From the NCBI GenBank assembly GCA_963663995.1, contig OY760660.1, forward strand, positions 1,916,505-1,948,504: a stretch of DNA of 32,000 bases, read 5' to 3'. Origin of the DNA: Erysipelotrichaceae bacterium (GTDB lineage: Bacteria; Bacillota_I; Bacilli_A; Erysipelotrichales; Erysipelotrichaceae). The position numbers and the translations under genes were made by a program. The notes beneath the pieces were generated by a model. That model was not told the origin of the DNA and ran no database searches. It worked only from the letters and a program-made list of their open reading frames with translations. Below are positions 6,339 to 14,117 of the stretch, in pieces (position 1 is the stretch's first letter; every line of letters starts with the position of its first letter).

Positions 6339-9300
6339 ATGTCTGAGAAAAAATATTTATCGATGGATGGTAACCAAGCAACCGCTCATGTAGCGTATGC
6401 TTTTACAGAAGTTGCTGCCATTTATCCAATCACACCTTCTTCTCCAATGGCTGAACATGTTGATGCTTGGGCTAACCAAGGCCGCAAAAACTTGTTTGGT
6501 GATGTTGTGAGAGTTGTTGAAATGCAATCTGAAGGTGGTGCATCAGGTGCCGTTCACGGTGCTTTACAAGGCGGAACATTAGCCGCTACATTTACCGCAT
6601 CTCAAGGTTTACTTTTGATGCTACCTAACTTGTATAAATGGGTTGGTGAATTATTACCAGCTGTTATGCATGTATCCGCACGTTCATTAGCTACACGTGC
6701 ATTATCTATCTTTGGTGATCACCAAGATATCTACGCGGTTCGTCAAGCTGGCGCAACCATGATTTCAGCACACTCTGTCCAAGAAGCAATGGACTTAGCG
6801 GGTGTTGCTCACTTAACAGCGATTAAATCAGAAGCTCCAGTTATTCATTTCTTCGATGGTTTTAGAACTTCTCACGAAATTCAAAAAGTTGAAGTTATTG
6901 ATACAGATGAGCTTTTTAAAATGATTGATTTAGAAGCATTAGAACGTTTCCGTGCTCGTGCTTTAAATCCACATACAAATCCAGTCACACGTGGTGGTGC
7001 AGAAAACGATGACGTTTACTTCCAAGCACGTGAAGCACAAAATGAACACTATAACCAAGTTCTTCCAATTGTTGAAGATTACATGGCTAAAGTTTCAAAA
7101 TTAACAGGTCGTCATTATGCTCCATTTACATATTATGGTGCGCCTGATGCTGACCGCGTTATTATCGCAATGGGTTCAGTAACTCAAGCGACTGAAGAAG
7201 TGGTTGATGCCTTAAATGCTGGTGGTGAAAAAGTTGGGCTTGTTAAAGTTCACCTCTATCGTCCATTTGCTAAAGACCGTTTAATTTCAGTACTCCCAAA
7301 AACAGTTAAAAATATTGCTGTTTTAGACCGTACTAAAGAACAAGGTGCAGAAGACCCTCTATTCTTAGATGTTTATGTTGCTTTAAAAGGTGTTAATGCA
7401 ATTGAAAAAATTGTTGGTGGACGTTATGGTCTATCTTCAAAAGATACTCAACCTGCAGACATCAAAGCAGTTTACGATAATATCAAATTAGCTGAACCTA
7501 AACATAGCTTCACTATTTCTATTATTGATGATGTTACTAACTTATCTCTTGCATCTGACGAAAGTTTCAGAGTTAAAACAGATTACACATCTTGCTTATT
7601 CTACGGATTAGGTTCAGATGGTACAGTTAGTGCAAACAAAAATGCAATTAAAATTATCGGTGATAACACAGATCTTTACTCACAAGCTTACTTTGCTTAT
7701 GACTCAAAGAAAGCTGGTGGTGTTACTCGTTCTAACTTGCGTTTTGGTCCATCTCCAATTAAGTCTACCTACTATATTAAGAATGCTGACTTTATTTCAT
7801 GTTCAATGGATTCATTCTTACTCAAGTATGACATGCTTAAAAACTTAAAAGAAGGTGGTACATTCTTACTTAATACTTCCTTTACACTAGAGGAAATTGA
7901 AAATCAATTACCTAATCGTGTTAAAAAACAATTAGCAGAAAAGAAAGGTCGTTTATTCATTATTGATGCGACTAAGATTGCTGAATCTATTGGTATGGGT
8001 CGTCGTACAAATACCATTCTTCAATCTTCATTCTTTGCTCTAAATGAACAAATACTTCCTTATGATAAAGCACTTGACTATATGAAAGGTGCTGCTAAAA
8101 AATCATATTCTAAAAAAGGTGAAGAAGTTGTTAAACTCAACTACGAAGCAATCGATAACGGTAAAGCTGGTTTAGTCGAAGTTCCTGTTAAAGCAGAATG
8201 GGCTAACTTAACTGTTGCGAAAACTCGTGTTACAACAGGCGATGAGTACTTTGATACTCACGTTGATCCAATCAATGCATTAGATGGCTATGATGTTCCA
8301 GTTTCAGAATTTATGAAATACGGATTACTTGATGGTTCATTTAGAAATAACGTTGCTTATCAAGAACATAGACAATCTGCGACTCAAGTGCCAATGTGGC
8401 ATCCAGAAAACTGTATCCAATGTGGATTCTGTTCAATGGTTTGTCCTCATGCAACAATTCGTACATTTGTATTAACTGATGAAGAAGTTGCGAACGCTCC
8501 AATGGAATTCGAAACATTACCTGCTATGGGTAAAGGTCTAGAAGCACTTAAATACCGCGTTATGGTTTCACCTGACAACTGCGTAGGTTGTAACCTATGT
8601 GTTGTTGAGTGTCCAGGAAAAGGTGGCCAAAAGGCTCTTACAATGGAAGATGTCAAAGAACGTCTATTCGAAGCTCCTTTGGCTGACTATATGTACAAAC
8701 ATACTGAATACAAGACTGACCTAGTTGATTCAGGTACTATCAAAGGTTCACAATTCTTAGAACCTTACTTCGAAGTATCTGGTGCTTGTGCTGGTTGCGG
8801 TGAAACACCATACTACAAACTTGCATCACAACTATTCGGTAAAGATATGTTAATTGCGAATGCAACAGGTTGTTCATCAATCTATTGTGGTTCTGCTCCT
8901 TCATCACCATTTGTTACTGACAAAAACGGTGAAGGTATTGCTTGGGGTAACTCATTATTCGAAGACAATGCTGAATACGGTTATGGTATGAAAGTGGCTC
9001 AAGAATTCAAGGCAAAACGCGTTGTTGAATTAGTCACTGCTGCTAAAGCTGAAGATGCATCTTTAGCGAATGTTGTTGATCGTTATGTAGCTGTTAAAGG
9101 TGATCGTAATGAAGAACGTTTAGTTGTTAAAGAACTTGTTAAAGCGCTTAAAGCATCTAAATCTGTAAGTGCAGCAACAGCTCTTGAAATGGAACGTGAT
9201 TTCGTTTCTAACTCAGTCTGGATCGTTGGTGGTGATGGTTGGGCTTATGACATCGGTTACGGTGGCTTAGACCATGTTATCGCTAATAACTTAGACGTTA

Positions 9301-9845
9301 ATATTCTTATTTTAGATACAGAAGTTTACTCCAACACTGGTGGTCAATCTTCTAAAGCTTCTCAAACAGGTTCGATCGCAAAATTCGCAGCTGGTGGTAA
9401 ACCAACAGCTAAGAAAGACATCGGCCAAATCGCAATGGCTTATGGTCATGTCTATGTAGCTTCCATTTCGATGGGTGCTAACCGTATGCAAACGATCAAA
9501 GCTTTCAAGGAAGCTGAGGCGTACAAAGGTCCATCCATGATCATCGCTTACTCACCATGTATCGAACACGGTATTAAAGGTGGCTTAATGAACCATCAAG
9601 CGGTTCAAAAGAAAGCGGTAGAATCTGGTTACTGGACACTATATCGTTACAATCCAGAAGCTGAAAATCCTCTCACTATTGATATGAAAGCACCTAACTT
9701 TGATTTATTCAGAGACTTCATTATGAATGAAACTCGTTTCAATCAATTGCCAAATGCTAACCCAGAAATGGCTGAGGAACTCATTCGATTATCAGAAAGA
9801 GATGCTAGACGTCGTTACGATCGTTTAGTTAAATTAGCTGCTTAA
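6339..9845 (+). CDS. nifJ: Pyruvate:ferredoxin (flavodoxin) oxidoreductase
   Basis: 1168 aa single-chain PFOR. It has two 4Fe-4S ferredoxin motifs (CIQCGFCSMVCP, CVGCNLCVVECP) and the TPP-binding region GGDGWAYDIGYGGLDH. Strong RBS ataGGAGGattcc-ATG. Confidence 0.95.
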   Translation: MSEKKYLSMDGNQATAHVAYAFTEVAAIYPITPSSPMAEHVDAWANQGRKNLFGDVVRVVEMQSEGGASGAVHGALQGGTLAATFTASQGLLLMLPNLYKWVGELLPAVMHVSARSLATRALSIFGDHQDIYAVRQAGATMISAHSVQEAMDLAGVAHLTAIKSEAPVIHFFDGFRTSHEIQKVEVIDTDELFKMIDLEALERFRARALNPHTNPVTRGGAENDDVYFQAREAQNEHYNQVLPIVEDYMAKVSKLTGRHYAPFTYYGAPDADRVIIAMGSVTQATEEVVDALNAGGEKVGLVKVHLYRPFAKDRLISVLPKTVKNIAVLDRTKEQGAEDPLFLDVYVALKGVNAIEKIVGGRYGLSSKDTQPADIKAVYDNIKLAEPKHSFTISIIDDVTNLSLASDESFRVKTDYTSCLFYGLGSDGTVSANKNAIKIIGDNTDLYSQAYFAYDSKKAGGVTRSNLRFGPSPIKSTYYIKNADFISCSMDSFLLKYDMLKNLKEGGTFLLNTSFTLEEIENQLPNRVKKQLAEKKGRLFIIDATKIAESIGMGRRTNTILQSSFFALNEQILPYDKALDYMKGAAKKSYSKKGEEVVKLNYEAIDNGKAGLVEVPVKAEWANLTVAKTRVTTGDEYFDTHVDPINALDGYDVPVSEFMKYGLLDGSFRNNVAYQEHRQSATQVPMWHPENCIQCGFCSMVCPHATIRTFVLTDEEVANAPMEFETLPAMGKGLEALKYRVMVSPDNCVGCNLCVVECPGKGGQKALTMEDVKERLFEAPLADYMYKHTEYKTDLVDSGTIKGSQFLEPYFEVSGACAGCGETPYYKLASQLFGKDMLIANATGCSSIYCGSAPSSPFVTDKNGEGIAWGNSLFEDNAEYGYGMKVAQEFKAKRVVELVTAAKAEDASLANVVDRYVAVKGDRNEERLVVKELVKALKASKSVSAATALEMERDFVSNSVWIVGGDGWAYDIGYGGLDHVIANNLDVNILILDTEVYSNTGGQSSKASQTGSIAKFAAGGKPTAKKDIGQIAMAYGHVYVASISMGANRMQTIKAFKEAEAYKGPSMIIAYSPCIEHGIKGGLMNHQAVQKKAVESGYWTLYRYNPEAENPLTIDMKAPNFDLFRDFIMNETRFNQLPNANPEMAEELIRLSERDARRRYDRLVKLAA

Positions 9846-9854
9846 TTAAACTAA

Positions 9855-9881
9855 CAGGGCTTAAAGAGCCCTGTTTTTTTT
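9855..9881 (+). terminator. Rho-independent terminator after nifJ
   Basis: CAGGGCT-taaag-AGCCCTG followed by T8. Confidence 0.85.
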
Positions 9882-9882
9882 A

Positions 9883-9891
9883 TGGTATAAT
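9883..9891 (+). promoter_or_regulatory. Extended -10 promoter (TGgTATAAT) for the glycosyltransferase operon
   Basis: TGgTATAAT lies immediately after the nifJ terminator and 14 nt upstream of the ATG at 9906. There is no SD in between. Confidence 0.5.
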
Positions 9892-9905
9892 TGTGACTGT
9901 ACAGT

Positions 9906-10913
9906 ATGAAAATTTGTTTATATTTTGAAGCAGAGAGAATCATATCTGGATCAGGCATTGGCAGGGCACAACTTCATCAAAAAGTCGCTTTAGAAAGTGC
10001 TGGTGTATCATACACATTAGATCCAAATGATGAATATGATTTACTGCATATAAATACAATCGGACCAATCTCGATGGCAACCATTGCTCAAGCAAGAAGA
10101 CGCGGTAAAGCCATTCTTTTTCATGCGCATTCAACTGAAGAAGATTTTAGAAATTCTTTTGTTTTCTCTAATCAAGTTGCACCCTTATTTAAAAAACATT
10201 TAATTTCAATGTATACACAAGCTGATGCGATTGTGACACCAACACCATACGCTAAAAAATTGCTTGAAGGATATGGGATTGATATTCCCATTACCGCAAT
10301 TAGTAACGGTATTGATTTAGATAAATACAAATATGATGAAGATAAAGCATATGCTTTTAGACGTTATTTTGGTTTAGAAAAAGACCAGAAAGTTGTGATT
10401 GGTGTTGGATTATATATTAAACGAAAAGGTATTCAAGACTTTCTTGATCTTGCGACCCATTTTCCTAATATTACCTTTATTTGGTTTGGACATTCATCGT
10501 CACTCACTATTCCAAGTGACTTAAAAACTAAAATTGAAAATCATGCACCGAATGTGATATTACCAGGTTATGTAAAAGGCGCAATAATAGAAGGTGCATA
10601 TATGGATAGTGATTTATTCTTCTTTCCTTCCTATGAAGAAACAGAAGGAATTGTTGTCTTAGAAGCTTTAGCTGCGAAATGTCCTGTTCTAGTTAGAGAT
10701 ATAGGCGTATATGAAGACTGGTTAGAAGATAATGTTAGCTGTTATAAAGGTGAAAATAATATTGATTTTATGACTAAGATTAAAGCTTTCTTCGCTCAAG
10801 ACTGTGTTGATACAAGAGAAAATGCGTATCAACTCGCACAAGAAAGAACTTTGGATAAAGTAGGACAAGAATTAAAGGCTTTATATATTAAAACTTTGGA
10901 GGAACATAAATGA
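9906..10913 (+). CDS. GT4 glycosyltransferase, diglycosyl-diacylglycerol synthase-like (alDGS/CpoA-like)
   Basis: 335 aa with the GT4 C-terminal EX7E-type region FFFPSYEETEGIVVLEALAAKCPVLVRD. Its size and its pairing with an MGS-like neighbour fit the glycolipid synthase pairs of Acholeplasma and streptococci. The ATGA stop/start overlaps the next gene. Confidence 0.7.
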   Translation: MKICLYFEAERIISGSGIGRAQLHQKVALESAGVSYTLDPNDEYDLLHINTIGPISMATIAQARRRGKAILFHAHSTEEDFRNSFVFSNQVAPLFKKHLISMYTQADAIVTPTPYAKKLLEGYGIDIPITAISNGIDLDKYKYDEDKAYAFRRYFGLEKDQKVVIGVGLYIKRKGIQDFLDLATHFPNITFIWFGHSSSLTIPSDLKTKIENHAPNVILPGYVKGAIIEGAYMDSDLFFFPSYEETEGIVVLEALAAKCPVLVRDIGVYEDWLEDNVSCYKGENNIDFMTKIKAFFAQDCVDTRENAYQLAQERTLDKVGQELKALYIKTLEEHK

Positions 10914-12886
10914 GAATCGGATTATTTAGTGACACTTATGCTCCAGAGATAAATGGTGTTGTTTCCTCGATTGTCACTCTTCAACAGGGATTAGAAGCTT
11001 TAGGTCATGAAGTATATATCATTACCACCAATAATTCTATTATGAAGTTATCCTATGAAGATCATGTTTTAAGATTGCCCGGCATTGAGCTTAAGAAAAT
11101 GTATGGCTATGTATTAAGTTCGCCTATTCATATTCGAGCTCAAAAAGTTGTTAAAGAAATGAACTTAGATATCATACATGCTCATACTGAATTTGGAATT
11201 GGTATCTTTGCCCGTATACTTTCACATCAACTCGTTTTGCCTTTAGTGATTACATATCACACAACCTATGAAGACTACACACATTATGTAAATGTTTTTA
11301 ATTCTAAACAATTTGAAAAGATTGCTCGTAAAACGGTATCTAAATTGTCACGAATTTATATTGATACATCAGATGCGATTATTTCACCTAGTGAGAAAAC
11401 AAAAGTAATGTTGGAAGGATATGGCGTAAAAAAAGATATTCACGTAATTCCTACAGGACTTGATTTAGATCGATTCAATCCAAAACATTCAAGTGCTGAA
11501 GATATCATGAATTTAAAGCGTGATTTAGGAATTAAGGAAAAAGAAAAAGTCATTCTTTATGTAGGCCGTGTTGCTAAAGAGAAATCAATTGATTTAATTT
11601 TAGATGGATTTGAGTCAATTAACTGTGATCAAATAAATTGTCATTTAGTTATTGTTGGAGATGGTCCTGAACTAGAGCAACTTAAGAAACATGCAAAAAA
11701 ATTGAAAACAGTCGATTGTATTCATTTTGTTGGCAAGAAAGCTAGTGTTGAAGTGCCTCTTTATTATCATATGTGTGATGTCTTTGTTTCAGCATCCTTA
11801 ACGGAAACGCAAGGGATGACCTTTGTTGAGTCCTTTGCTTCCCATACACCTGTCTTTGCCCGCGAAGATGATGTATTAAAAGAATTAATCAAAGAAAATG
11901 AAACGGGTTATTTCTTTGATAGTGCTAAAACACTTGCTCAAAAAATTGAAAATTACTTTTCATTAGATGAAAATAGTCAATTTGAAATTCAAGAAAAATC
12001 AGCCATCATGGCTCAGCCATATGAACGTGATGCCTTCATTGAAAAAGTTTTAAAGGTATATCAAAATGCCATTATGGATGTCAAAGAGTCAATGACTCTA
12101 GAATCAGTTGTTAGTGTTGATAGTGTGGTTGAATGTCATTTAGTTAATCGTAAGCGTGAACTAGATGTTGTTGTTTCAAAAGAACTCTTTGTTGAAGAAG
12201 GTTTAAGAAAGGGGAATCTTGTGACAAAAGAAACAATCGAAAGTTTGATGAAGAATGAGCAGTTTACAAAAGCTTATCAAAAATGCATACGTAAGCTAGC
12301 CAGTAAAGATCGATCGATAAAAGAAATGTATGATTTTCTCATTGAACAAAGTACTTTAAGTATTGCCCAAGTGAATAAATTGATTGATTATTTAGAAGAA
12401 AAGGGTTACCTAAATGACGAAGAATTAGCTCAATCAATGGTTAATTCTTATCGATCCCTTCTACAAGGACGCCATAAAGTTGTTCGTAATTTAAGGAAAA
12501 AAGGCATCCCACAAAAGCTCATTGATCAAGCCATGAATGAAGATGTCCTTGAAGATGAAGTAGAACATGCGATTGCCTGGGCTAATAAAGTTAAACCGAC
12601 TTTAAAAGACAAATCACTTAGAGAAGTTAAACAGAGTCTAAATCAACGAATGGTAACTCAAGGCTATGACTTCGATGTTATAGAATTAGTTATGAATTCT
12701 TTATCTTTTGCCGATGAAGAACAAGTTGAATTAGATAATTTAAGAAAAGCAGCAATCAAAGCGCGTAAGCGTTACAGTAGTAAACATAGTGGAACAGCTT
12801 TAAGAAATGCTATCTTTACCTACTTAGACCATAAAGGTTATGCTTTAGATGATATTTATGTTGTATTAAATGAAATGGAGTTTTAA
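10910..12886 (+). CDS. Fusion protein: GT4 monoglycosyl-diacylglycerol synthase-like domain (aa 1-~390) plus full-length RecX-like domain (aa 395-658)
   Basis: The N-terminus MRIGLFSDTYAPEINGVVSSIVTLQQGLEALGHEVYIIT and the region VSASLTETQGMTFVESFASHTPVFA indicate GT4. From the ATG at 12092 the sequence aligns with Firmicute RecX repeats recalled from memory (YLNDEELAQSMV, LRKKGIPQKLIDQAM, QRMVTQGYDFDVIELVM, YLDHKGYALDDIYVVLNE). No stop codon separates the two parts. Confidence 0.75.
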   Translation: MRIGLFSDTYAPEINGVVSSIVTLQQGLEALGHEVYIITTNNSIMKLSYEDHVLRLPGIELKKMYGYVLSSPIHIRAQKVVKEMNLDIIHAHTEFGIGIFARILSHQLVLPLVITYHTTYEDYTHYVNVFNSKQFEKIARKTVSKLSRIYIDTSDAIISPSEKTKVMLEGYGVKKDIHVIPTGLDLDRFNPKHSSAEDIMNLKRDLGIKEKEKVILYVGRVAKEKSIDLILDGFESINCDQINCHLVIVGDGPELEQLKKHAKKLKTVDCIHFVGKKASVEVPLYYHMCDVFVSASLTETQGMTFVESFASHTPVFAREDDVLKELIKENETGYFFDSAKTLAQKIENYFSLDENSQFEIQEKSAIMAQPYERDAFIEKVLKVYQNAIMDVKESMTLESVVSVDSVVECHLVNRKRELDVVVSKELFVEEGLRKGNLVTKETIESLMKNEQFTKAYQKCIRKLASKDRSIKEMYDFLIEQSTLSIAQVNKLIDYLEEKGYLNDEELAQSMVNSYRSLLQGRHKVVRNLRKKGIPQKLIDQAMNEDVLEDEVEHAIAWANKVKPTLKDKSLREVKQSLNQRMVTQGYDFDVIELVMNSLSFADEEQVELDNLRKAAIKARKRYSSKHSGTALRNAIFTYLDHKGYALDDIYVVLNEMEF

Positions 12887-12887
12887 G

Positions 12888-13829
12888 ATGGATCGTATTC
12901 AAATTAAAGATTTAGTAGAAGGTGAAAAAATTCAAACTAGCCTTTTAATAACACAATTAACCAAAGGAGTTACCACTTCAGGTGCCCCTTATGCCTCCTT
13001 TGTTTTAAGTGATAACACCGGAACAATAGATGGTAAGTTATGGGATATTAAAGAAGATCAACTTGCTAATATTGATGCTGGTAAAGTTGTCAATGTTAAT
13101 GCTGAAGTTCTCAAATATCGCAATGCTTTACAGCTGCGTTTATATTCATTAAGTGCTTTAGATCCTTCAGAGTTTGATGCTCAAGATTATGTTCGTGCGT
13201 CACATCTATCACAATTAGAAATGAAGAAACAAATCGGGCAAATTTTATCATCGATGAAAGATCCAATCTATCATGATATCTGTGTCGCGATTGTTTCAGA
13301 GTTTGAAGATCGTTTATATGTGTCACCTGCTGCTTCAAAGAATCATCATGAATTTGCCGGTGGTCTTGCGACACATATTATAGCGATGTGTGATTTAGCG
13401 GATGCAATCTGTAAACTATATCCAAAACTTAATCGTGATTTATTAATTGGTGGTGTACTCCTTCATGATATGGGTAAAACAATTGAATTGTCCGGTCCAA
13501 TTTTAACTGAATATACACTTGAAGGAAAATTGATTGGTCATATCTCAATAATGGAATCAAAGGTTTCAGAAATTGCAAAAACATTAAATGTCGGTGATAG
13601 TGAACAAGCGCTATTATTAAGACATTTAATTCTTTCTCATCACGGTCAACTTGAGTATGGTTCACCGGTTAAACCAATGGTTATGGAAGCAGAAATATTG
13701 AACTATGTTGATAATATTGATGCACGTATGAATATGTTTGATAAAGCTTTAGATAACGTGAATGATGGTGAATGGACAGGTCGTATATTTGCCCTTGAAA
13801 ATCGTTCCTTTTATAAGCCAAAGAAATAA
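12888..13829 (+). CDS. yhaM: 3'-5' exoribonuclease YhaM (OB-fold + HD domain)
   Basis: The N-terminal OB fold reads APYASFVLSDNTGTIDGKLWD, and the HD domain reads HHEFAGGLATH...LLHDMGK...SHHG. I prefer the ATG at 12888 (GGAG 8 nt upstream, just after the preceding stop) over the ORF-track start at 12870. Confidence 0.85.
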   Translation: MDRIQIKDLVEGEKIQTSLLITQLTKGVTTSGAPYASFVLSDNTGTIDGKLWDIKEDQLANIDAGKVVNVNAEVLKYRNALQLRLYSLSALDPSEFDAQDYVRASHLSQLEMKKQIGQILSSMKDPIYHDICVAIVSEFEDRLYVSPAASKNHHEFAGGLATHIIAMCDLADAICKLYPKLNRDLLIGGVLLHDMGKTIELSGPILTEYTLEGKLIGHISIMESKVSEIAKTLNVGDSEQALLLRHLILSHHGQLEYGSPVKPMVMEAEILNYVDNIDARMNMFDKALDNVNDGEWTGRIFALENRSFYKPKK

Positions 13830-13849
13830 GCGAAATTTCGCTTTTTTTC
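13828..13849 (+). terminator. Rho-independent terminator after yhaM
   Basis: AAGCGAAATTTCGCTT followed by a T-run. Confidence 0.75.
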
Positions 13850-13862
13850 TTGAGCATCCATC

Positions 13863-13890
13863 TTGTCTATATACCCCTAATGGGTATATT
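13863..13890 (+). promoter_or_regulatory. cop operon promoter with embedded CsoR-type operator
   Basis: TTGTCT (13863-13868), 16-nt spacer, TATATT (13885-13890). The spacer holds the inverted repeat ATATACCC-ctaat-GGGTATAT (13869-13889), the type of GC-core pseudo-palindrome that CsoR repressors bind. Confidence 0.65.
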
Positions 13891-13910
13891 ATATATTTGG
13901 AGGCAATCTT

Positions 13911-14117
13911 ATGATCAAAACCTATCGAGTGGAAGGCATGTCATGCATGCACTGTGTGCACCACGTAAAAGAAGCACTCACAGAATTAGAAGGCGTAAAA
14001 GACGCTAAAGTTTCCTTAGAATCTAAAACTGCCGTTGTCGACTCAGAAAAAGAAATTGCTTTTGATACTATCAAAGCAGCTGTTGAAGAAGTCGGCTATG
14101 AAGTTTTCGAGAAATAA
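13911..14117 (+). CDS. copZ: Copper chaperone CopZ (HMA domain)
   Basis: 68 aa with the GMSCMHC metal-binding motif. RBS GGAGG. The stop overlaps the copA start. Confidence 0.9.
   Translation: MIKTYRVEGMSCMHCVHHVKEALTELEGVKDAKVSLESKTAVVDSEKEIAFDTIKAAVEEVGYEVFEK

Noticed and set aside
12870-12887. Longer YhaM start (MKWSFK...) given in the ORF track
   Set aside because: The ATG at 12888 has a properly spaced GGAG, follows the upstream stop codon directly, and gives the ~313-aa length I recall for YhaM.
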